A stretch of DNA of 64,000 nucleotides, taken from Bacillota bacterium. GTDB lineage: Bacteria > Bacillota > Clostridia > TANB77 > CAG-465. The position numbers were made by a program, and so were the translations under genes. The stretch covers positions 7,409 to 71,408 of the forward strand of contig JAEWPS010000038.1 in NCBI GenBank assembly GCA_023460515.1, given 5' to 3'. Positions 48,708 to 55,774 of this stretch are shown here, piece by piece (position 1 is the stretch's first letter; each line of letters opens with the position of its first letter). The notes under the pieces were generated by a model. The model saw nothing but the letters and a program-made list of their open reading frames with translations. It was not told where the DNA came from and searched no databases.

Positions 48708-48806
48708 CATTTTAAATTTTATTTTTTCTTATATGTCACAAAAAAGTGTTCGTAACTCAAATGTTCAATTTCTATAGCAGATTTATCACTTGATTTACTT
48801 TAATCT

Positions 48807-51800
48807 TTATGGATAAATTTCATACAATCTGATACTAGCATATGCGACTTGTGTGAAATATTTTATATATTTTGTATTCGCAGGTACTGTATATGTATCT
48901 GTATATAATGTAACACCATTTATTTTGCTATTTCTAGTAAACGTACTTATAACTGTTTTTTGAGAATTTAAAAAGCTTATACCTGGTATTCCTTCACCCA
49001 TATCCCATTTACATTTTATTGTTTTTCCTATCATACTTGGATCTACTTCTATATATTGATCTGTCTTAGTATAAGTAGATGTATTCAAATTATTGTCAAA
49101 CGCTTCTACTTTTAATGCGTCAGCCACATTTGCCGTATAACTAGATATTATTCTTGTTTCACTTCCATATTGATCTATTCCTTTTGCATATATTGTCTGA
49201 CCTTGATCTACTTTGATAGGATTATTAATATAATTTAACCATTCTCCGGTTGTTCCTATTCTATATAATTTTTGTATACTACTTTGAAAATATGAAATTG
49301 ATACCATTTGATGTGGTAGTCTTACAGCATTTGCTGGATCTGCTGTTAATATCATATATCCATCTGTTGTAGTAAATGTTGGTTCATCGCTTAACCCAAT
49401 TTCATAAAAAGCATTATAATTACCAAGAACTCCATCATACGTATACATTATCCATTTTGCATTTACTGGGACAGTATATATATCATTGTATGTTCCAATA
49501 TTTGCTCTACTTAGTGTATCTATTACGTTTTTATTTTCATCTAAAAATTTCAAGTATATTGAACCAGAATTACCTATTGCTCCTCTATTCCATAAAATCC
49601 ATATTTTCTTTCCTTGTATACTACTATCGACCTTAATATATCTATTATTAGCAGATGTATATGTAGTATTATTTTTATCATAAGATTCTGCTCCTAAAGC
49701 ATCATTCATAGTAGCAGTATAACTTGATACAATTCTAGTTTCAATTCCACTTTGATCTATTCCTTTTGTATATATTGTCTGACCTTGTAATACCTTTATA
49801 GGTTGGTCGTTATAATTTAACCACTCTCCAGTTGTTCCTATTCTATATAATCTTTGAACACTCGTTGGAAAATAATTTACTGTTACCATTTGATATGGTT
49901 CTCTTACATCTCTTGTTGGATCGGCTGATAGTACCATATAAGAATTTGCTGCACTGAATGTTGGTTCATTACTTGTTTGTATCTCATATAATCCATAAAT
50001 ATTAACTACCTTTATCCACTTTGTATTTAGTGGAATAGTATATACTTCATCATACATAAGGTTTTGATTATACACAGTTTTATCAATTTGACTTATTATT
50101 TGTCTACTTTCATTTAAGAATACAATACTTTGAGTTGATGGACCATTTGCTGCAACATTCCACTTAACCCTCATATTTTTTCCTTGCATAGTACTATCTA
50201 CAGCCATATATTGATTTGTTGCATTAGAAATATATGTACTGTTATTACCATCATACGCTTGCGCTTTCAATGCATCGGCTGGCATAGTTACTGTCTGACT
50301 AACTGATACTTCTAATCCACTACCTTTTTTAACGCTTTTGGCTATTATTGTTCCACTTGAAACATGTATTGGGGCTGTATATAATGTCCATGTTGTTCCG
50401 TTATTCGTACTATAATAATTATCTATATCTGTTCTATTATCATATACTATAGTTGTTGTATCATCAAATATTACACCATATGAAGCTAATATTGGATAAC
50501 TAGCTGTTGAATTTATAACTGGCAACTTTGGTTTATCTAGATCTAGACTTACTACCTTCTTTTGAACAGTTATTTCATTTCCGGCTGTATCTTTACCTTT
50601 TGCATATATTGTTACTGTTCCGTCTGCATTTTGCCAATTGTTTGCTAATATTGTATTTGATGTTATTGCAAATGTAGCTGTATAATTAGTCCAAACCGCA
50701 TTACTTGTTCCAATCTTATACTGTTTTAAAGTAGCATCGCCATAGTTTATTGTTACATTTGCATTTAATCCTACTGTGGTTTCTGGACTAACTTGTATAT
50801 CTATTTTTGGAGCAGTTAAGTCTACATTTGTTACATTTAATGTATATACTTGTTTATTTCCTACTCTATCTTCCGCGTAGAATGTATAGTAACCATTACT
50901 TGTTATATTTACTATATTATTATTCGCTATACTAGTTCCACCACTTGAAAAGTAACTTTCCCCTAAAGTTCCTGGGGCCCACTTAACCATTCCAACTTCT
51001 ACATCATCTGTTACATTTACTTTTACTGCTACTTTTTGCATTGCAGTATTTAAATCTGCAGTTAAATTAATTATTGGAGGATTCTCATCAATATTTGTTA
51101 CTTTAAGCATTCCTTCCCTAGACCATACTTCACTTTCATCCATTCCTTTTGCATATATTACTGCGTTATTTCTATCTACAGTTATTGGACCAGTATAATC
51201 TTGCCAGTCTCCTAGTGTTTCATTTGGATTTAATATTCTATACTGTTTCGTTATAAGTGATTGATCATATATAATAGTTGCATTTACCTCTTTAGCTGGA
51301 TTAGTTGTATTTAATACAATTTGTGGAGCTCCAGCTGCAACTCTATCCCATCTCATAAATATATTTTCAAACATTTCGCTTATTGGTACATTAATTAAAT
51401 AATAATCCCCCATAAATGTTATCAAATTACCATTTTCATCTTCTATTTTTACTAGTGTTCCATTTTGTATGACAGTATCTTTAAATTCTGGTTTTATTAA
51501 TAATATTCCATCATTTTTATAACTTTTCCAATCACCAGTTGAAGTCCATTTGTACTCTCTACCATTTGAACCTTCTGGGTAATTTAATTTTAATATATAA
51601 TAACTTCCTTTATCCAGTACAAGTACCGGTGGTGGTGGAACTATATTACTTACAGTATATGTTGAATTAGAACTTTGTCCTTTAATATTTTCACTATATG
51701 CAAATATTTTAGTACCGTTTTTTGTTACTTCAATATCTCCTGTATAATCTCTCAAAGATCCACCATCTATACTATATCTTTTAATTGTTGCATATTTATC

Positions 51801-54317
51801 ATAGCTTATTTTAACAGTAACTTTACTTGCCTGTATTTTATTTGATGGATTTGCGATTATTTCAGGTTCAGATATTCCATCTACTATATTATCTATAGTT
51901 TTAGCTGTTTGACCTAGTGAATTTGGTGCTTTTGCATACGCATACACTGTACAGCTTTTATCTACTTCAAACGCTCCAGTATATTCTTTCAAATCACCAT
52001 TTGAACCAATTTTATAGTATTTTTCTACTGCTTTCACATCATATTCTATATTTACTGTAGCCTTTGCAACCTTTGTAGTAGAAAGAGCTGGTTCAGGATT
52101 TACATTTATATTTATAGCTAAATTTTGTGTAGTCTTTGGAGGAGTTAATTTTCCTATATTTGTTATATCTAAATATGTATCTGTTACTCCATTTACGTTA
52201 GTACCTCTAGCATATATTCTTTTATTTTCAGTTATTGTAATAGGTGCAGTATATGGTACATATATAATTCCATCCTCGCTATATTGTATTTTGTCTGCAT
52301 CATTATATTTTACTGTCACAATTACTGAACTTTGCCCATATGTAGAACTCCACGGATATACTACTGCATCTATATATACATATGGTTTAGTAGCTGAAGT
52401 ACTACCTGTATCTCCAGGTTTTTTAATATTTTGGATTCTTGCCCTTGCTTCTTGTGATTGTCTACCGTCAGCTGTTTTATAATATGCATAAATTTCCACA
52501 TTATCTCTAACAACAATTGATGATTTATATTCTACATAATCTCCATATCTACCAACTTTTAAATATGTTTTGTTTGCTCCAGCAGGTGATGACACACTTA
52601 CTGTTACCGATGATACAAATCCACTGGTTGGATCTAAATTTATTATAGGAGCAATAGGTATAGTATCTATTACAGGTGGCTCTGGATAAGTATCCGGTGG
52701 CGTTACCACTTCGTTTATCCTAATATACGCTATATTTGACTTATTTCCATCTGAATCATAATAATATGCCATTATGAAAGTTCCCCAATTATTAACAATT
52801 ATATCTTGTGAATAGGTTTGTTCTAATCCATAATTTTGTATATATATTTTTTTAGCAGCATTTGCTGGATAAGTTATCTGTACTCTTGCTTTTTCATCAG
52901 CATTTTGCCCCGCATTTCTAGTAATAGTAGGTGCTACTAAATTATTAGTAGTAGACGTTTTCGGTGGTTCAAAAGGCGGTGGATTTTTTGGTTCATAAGG
53001 AGGTAATGGTTCATGTGGAGTAGGTTCCTTAGGAGGATTACCAGTTGTTGTATCATTTATATATATTGATGTTGAAACAGATTTTTTTCCACTAGCGTCA
53101 TAGTAATATGCTATTATGTATGTTCCATAATTTTGTACATTTACTTCGCTTGTATAATTTTCTTCTACTCCATAATTTATTGTATATATTTTTCTAGTGG
53201 CATTCTCTGGATATGTTACTTTTACTCTTGCTTTTTCTGTTCCTACTGGATCTAATCTAGTTATTGTTGGTGCTGCCAAAGTAATTTCTTTTATTTCTAT
53301 ATTTCCTATATATACACTATCACTTCCAGCAATATCTCTTGTAAGAAGTAACGAACCATCTGTGTTATATATATTTTCAGTCTTTTTTGCTCTTGCTTCT
53401 ATTATACAGTTTTCAGTTATAGTGAAAGGTCCTGTATATGACATCCAACCGCTTTCACCAACTCTATACTCTTTAATTGTTGCAGTTTCATCATAATTTA
53501 TATTTACATTTACTTGCTCAACTTTTGTAGTTCCGCTACTATCTGGAACTATATCTACTAAAAGTGTTCCTGCCGGTGGAATAACTACCTCTTTACCATT
53601 TACTTTATATTTTATCCATACATCTTTTGTTCTATCTAATGGAATTGTTATTGGTCCTGTGTAATTTTGCCACATTAACATTGGATCTACTCTAATTTCA
53701 CCTTCACTACCAAGTCTCCACTTTTTTTCCGTTGAATTTGCTGGATAGTATAACGTCAATTTTATCCAACCATCCCACATCTCCTGATTTTCTTCAGGTC
53801 CAGTAATACTTCCATTATCTATTATCCCGTTATCTAAAGTATGCCACCTTTTACCTTCAAAACTATCTCCAACATAATCATAAATTTGGTTTGTTTTTAC
53901 ATCTATTATATATCCTTTATCTTTCTTATTACTTGCTAAACCATTTACACCGGCTTGACTTTCATTTATCCAATATAAATCTATATCGTCTACTGTTTTA
54001 CCAGGATTTAATTCCTCAATTGTTGTGCTCAGTGTTGGCACATTACTTGTTATGTCTTGTTTATCGCTTAAACTTAGTTTACCTTCTAATGGAAGTTTAA
54101 AACTGTTTGGACTAGATATATCTATATTACTAACTGAATACAGATTTACCCCTTCCTCAACATTTTTAAAATCACTCATGAATCTTGCCTTTTTAGAACT
54201 ATCCATGATACCACCATTATTTAGAGTAAGAATTACTGCACCAGCTAAAATAATTACAACTATTATTGTTATAACTAAAGCTATTAATGATATCCCTTTT
54301 ACATTATATTTTTTCAT
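48807..54317 (-). CDS. giant (1836 aa) prepilin-like-leader surface protein: Ig-like repeat stalk plus three C-terminal discoidin/CBM32-like units
   Basis: N-terminus MKKYNVKG|ISLIALVITIIVVIILAGAVILTL. At least 14 ~85-aa repeats carry Y..G....W..YTGP(I/F).(I/V)...N..IYA(K/R)(A/G) (chitobiase/hexosaminidase C-terminal-like Ig). Pro-rich linker PPKEPTPHEPLPPYEPKNPPPFEPP. C-terminal triplicated (A/N)DAL.(A/V)(E/Q)(A/S)(Y/F)D.N..T(Y/S) ... LYEI units. GGAGG SD before ATG 54317. Confidence 0.85.
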   Translation of the reverse strand: MKKYNVKGISLIALVITIIVVIILAGAVILTLNNGGIMDSSKKARFMSDFKNVEEGVNLYSVSNIDISSPNSFKLPLEGKLSLSDKQDITSNVPTLSTTIEELNPGKTVDDIDLYWINESQAGVNGLASNKKDKGYIIDVKTNQIYDYVGDSFEGKRWHTLDNGIIDNGSITGPEENQEMWDGWIKLTLYYPANSTEKKWRLGSEGEIRVDPMLMWQNYTGPITIPLDRTKDVWIKYKVNGKEVVIPPAGTLLVDIVPDSSGTTKVEQVNVNINYDETATIKEYRVGESGWMSYTGPFTITENCIIEARAKKTENIYNTDGSLLLTRDIAGSDSVYIGNIEIKEITLAAPTITRLDPVGTEKARVKVTYPENATRKIYTINYGVEENYTSEVNVQNYGTYIIAYYYDASGKKSVSTSIYINDTTTGNPPKEPTPHEPLPPYEPKNPPPFEPPKTSTTNNLVAPTITRNAGQNADEKARVQITYPANAAKKIYIQNYGLEQTYSQDIIVNNWGTFIMAYYYDSDGNKSNIAYIRINEVVTPPDTYPEPPVIDTIPIAPIINLDPTSGFVSSVTVSVSSPAGANKTYLKVGRYGDYVEYKSSIVVRDNVEIYAYYKTADGRQSQEARARIQNIKKPGDTGSTSATKPYVYIDAVVYPWSSTYGQSSVIVTVKYNDADKIQYSEDGIIYVPYTAPITITENKRIYARGTNVNGVTDTYLDITNIGKLTPPKTTQNLAININVNPEPALSTTKVAKATVNIEYDVKAVEKYYKIGSNGDLKEYTGAFEVDKSCTVYAYAKAPNSLGQTAKTIDNIVDGISEPEIIANPSNKIQASKVTVKISYDKYATIKRYSIDGGSLRDYTGDIEVTKNGTKIFAYSENIKGQSSNSTYTVSNIVPPPPVLVLDKGSYYILKLNYPEGSNGREYKWTSTGDWKSYKNDGILLIKPEFKDTVIQNGTLVKIEDENGNLITFMGDYYLINVPISEMFENIFMRWDRVAAGAPQIVLNTTNPAKEVNATIIYDQSLITKQYRILNPNETLGDWQDYTGPITVDRNNAVIYAKGMDESEVWSREGMLKVTNIDENPPIINLTADLNTAMQKVAVKVNVTDDVEVGMVKWAPGTLGESYFSSGGTSIANNNIVNITSNGYYTFYAEDRVGNKQVYTLNVTNVDLTAPKIDIQVSPETTVGLNANVTINYGDATLKQYKIGTSNAVWTNYTATFAITSNTILANNWQNADGTVTIYAKGKDTAGNEITVQKKVVSLDLDKPKLPVINSTASYPILASYGVIFDDTTTIVYDNRTDIDNYYSTNNGTTWTLYTAPIHVSSGTIIAKSVKKGSGLEVSVSQTVTMPADALKAQAYDGNNSTYISNATNQYMAVDSTMQGKNMRVKWNVAANGPSTQSIVFLNESRQIISQIDKTVYNQNLMYDEVYTIPLNTKWIKVVNIYGLYEIQTSNEPTFSAANSYMVLSADPTRDVREPYQMVTVNYFPTSVQRLYRIGTTGEWLNYNDQPIKVLQGQTIYTKGIDQSGIETRIVSSYTATMNDALGAESYDKNNTTYTSANNRYIKVDSSIQGKKIWILWNRGAIGNSGSIYLKFLDENKNVIDTLSRANIGTYNDIYTVPVNAKWIMYTYDGVLGNYNAFYEIGLSDEPTFTTTDGYMILTADPANAVRLPHQMVSISYFQSSIQKLYRIGTTGEWLNYINNPIKVDQGQTIYAKGIDQYGSETRIISSYTANVADALKVEAFDNNLNTSTYTKTDQYIEVDPSMIGKTIKCKWDMGEGIPGISFLNSQKTVISTFTRNSKINGVTLYTDTYTVPANTKYIKYFTQVAYASIRLYEIYP
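48810..50546 (-). repeat. three tandem ~191-194-codon units (Ig-like plus discoidin/CBM32-like) at the 3' end of giant gene 1
   Basis: The DAL(K/G)(A/V) motif recurs at residues 1348, 1539 and 1733 (hand-indexed from coordinates 50276, 49703, 49121). Flanking blocks Y(Q/H)MV(T/S)(V/I)(N/S)YF..S(V/I)Q(R/K)LYRIGTTGEWLNY repeat nearly verbatim in units 2 and 3. Confidence 0.8.
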
Positions 54318-54397
54318 AAGTAACCTCCATATATATATTTATTATATCCATTTATTGATTTTCTAATAAACTTTTATTAACATATTTTTACATAAAT

Positions 54398-54433
54398 AAA
54401 ATTGCTAATAAACCTACTTATATTAGCAATTTT
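54398..54433. promoter_or_regulatory. 12-bp perfect inverted repeat (AAAATTGCTAAT-N12-ATTAGCAATTTT) abutting the -10 box of giant gene 1; candidate operator
   Basis: Arms at 54398..54409 and 54422..54433. An identical element lies at 62533..62568, although 6 of 12 spacer bases differ. Confidence 0.55.
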
Positions 54434-54462
54434 ATTATATTATATATGTTTTTTTTTGTCAA
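54434..54462 (-). promoter_or_regulatory. perfect sigma-A consensus promoter of giant gene 1 (TTGACA-N17-TATAAT)
   Basis: On the minus strand: TTGACA at 54457..54462 and TATAAT at 54434..54439. The spacer is built from TA repeats plus a T/A homopolymer. Confidence 0.7.
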
Positions 54463-54494
54463 TATCTTTTACACTTATTATATGTTAAATTATG

Positions 54495-54514
54495 ATTTGT
54501 AATATATTTGTAAT
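54495..54514. promoter_or_regulatory. direct repeat ATTTGTAAT-N2-ATTTGTAAT upstream of the giant gene 1 promoter
   Basis: Copies at 54495..54503 and 54506..54514 (11-bp period). The same pair is conserved at 62630..62649 upstream of giant gene 2. Confidence 0.4.
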
Positions 54515-54586
54515 CTTAAAACATATTGTCTATTTAATTGTTTTTTTAAAATATTTTATTATCCACTTTTATTAAATTTGACATAT

Positions 54587-54596
54587 GTGTTATAAT
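54587..54596 (+). promoter_or_regulatory. extended -10 promoter (TGtTATAAT) for the 305-aa gene
   Basis: TGTTATAAT ends at 54596 with a weak -35. The AAGGAGGG SD and ATG 54669 follow. Confidence 0.4.
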
Positions 54597-54668
54597 ATAT
54601 GATATTTAATATTTTAATGTATACAAAAACTTTTGTATACACTTACAATAATTTAAGGAGGGTCTACT

Positions 54669-55586
54669 ATGATATCATTAAATTCTTTCATATATCTACT
54701 AAAAAACACTCTGCCTACTGGTTTAGATGATATTTCAAAGGCAAAATATCTATATATACGATTGGGGGAAATTATTTCTTTCGATCCTCTATATTCATTT
54801 GGATCAAGCAAGGATCGATATCGGATATATAATAATATACAATACAAATATGATGATTTAAACGAATTATTTGAAAGCAAATTATTAATTTGTAAATCTA
54901 TTGCATATATCTATAAATATATACTTAATGAATTTGAAATTAATTCATATGTACGTTATGATAATCCAGATGATAATCACGTGTTTAATATCATTATAAC
55001 CCAGAATAACGTTAAAATTTCTGCTGATGTACAACGTGATTTAGAATTTATACAAACTAAGTCAAAAACACGGTATTTTGATTTTATCAATAGTACTTTA
55101 TATGATCAAGTAGAAATTGATAAGAAAATTGGCTATTTGCAAAATGATAATGATTATTTTGATATTAAGTTGCTTGAGTTTAAAAATTTTCTTAAAAAAA
55201 ATACCTCGCTAATTAGTAAAGTTGAATCAATATTTAATTTCTTATTTTGTAATAATAACATAAATAATTTAAAATTCTCAGAAAATATAAAATATTATAA
55301 ATATGTGTTAAAAGAAATTTTAGATTACAGAGAATTTAATAGATTATATTTCTCAATATGTTATGAAATCTGTAACAATAAACAAAAGTATATTCCTATA
55401 ATATGTATACGTTCTAATCCCTCAACAATTTTTATTTACTCTGAAAAAAATCATAAATATGATTTAATTTCCGAAATAGAGTTGTTAAAAAGGTTAAAAA
55501 GTAATTTACTCTTTATTCAAAGAGGTTCAATTTATATTATGAAAAAAGAAATAATATCTACAACAAACTTAAACAAAATCTTATAA
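54669..55586 (+). CDS. hypothetical cytoplasmic protein with possible transglutaminase-like Cys-His-Asp core
   Basis: 305 aa with a strong AAGGAGGG SD and no signal peptide. LLICKSIAYIYKYILNEF (C75) ... DNHVFNIII (H104) ... SADVQRD (D120/D124) matches the spacing of transglutaminase-like cysteine peptidase cores. It is the only plus-strand gene in the block. Confidence 0.6.
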   Translation: MISLNSFIYLLKNTLPTGLDDISKAKYLYIRLGEIISFDPLYSFGSSKDRYRIYNNIQYKYDDLNELFESKLLICKSIAYIYKYILNEFEINSYVRYDNPDDNHVFNIIITQNNVKISADVQRDLEFIQTKSKTRYFDFINSTLYDQVEIDKKIGYLQNDNDYFDIKLLEFKNFLKKNTSLISKVESIFNFLFCNNNINNLKFSENIKYYKYVLKEILDYREFNRLYFSICYEICNNKQKYIPIICIRSNPSTIFIYSEKNHKYDLISEIELLKRLKSNLLFIQRGSIYIMKKEIISTTNLNKIL

Positions 55587-55606
55587 TTAATAACCCAGCT
55601 ATAAAT

Positions 55607-55650
55607 AAAAATAAATATTGAAATGTAATTACATTTCAATATTTATTTTT
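55607..55650. terminator. bidirectional terminator between the 305-aa gene and giant gene 2
   Basis: Perfect 22-bp palindrome AAAATAAATATTGAAATGTAAT/ATTACATTTCAATATTTATTTT, checked base by base. Confidence 0.75.
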
Positions 55651-55774
55651 TATTTCTTTTTTTACGTTATATGAAAGCTATCCTTACAAAACATACAACA
55701 AAAATATTATTAGCATATATTTCCCATAGTACTAGTTTTTAAACTTTATACTATAAAATCTTTATTTAAATATT

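Larger units (their letters stand above)
50820..54535 (-). repeat. paralogous block, copy 1 (upstream region plus first ~1166 codons of giant gene 1)
   Basis: Collinear with 58979..62660. 89 of the first 100 residues are identical (hand count). Similarity ends right after ...YTFYAED(R/Q)VGNKQVYTLNV. Confidence 0.85.

Noticed and set aside
53197-54366. Plus-strand ORFs antisense to the giant genes (53197..53496, 54025..54366; likewise 61326..61643, 62316..62534), which are similar between the two loci
   Set aside because: They are mirror frames of the conserved sense-strand coding sequence. They are hydrophobic and low-complexity, lack an SD, and their conservation is explained by the paralogy of the sense genes.
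54653-54880. 75-aa minus-strand ORF
   Set aside because: It is antisense to the 5' end of the well-supported 305-aa plus-strand gene (strong AAGGAGGG SD) and has no SD of its own.
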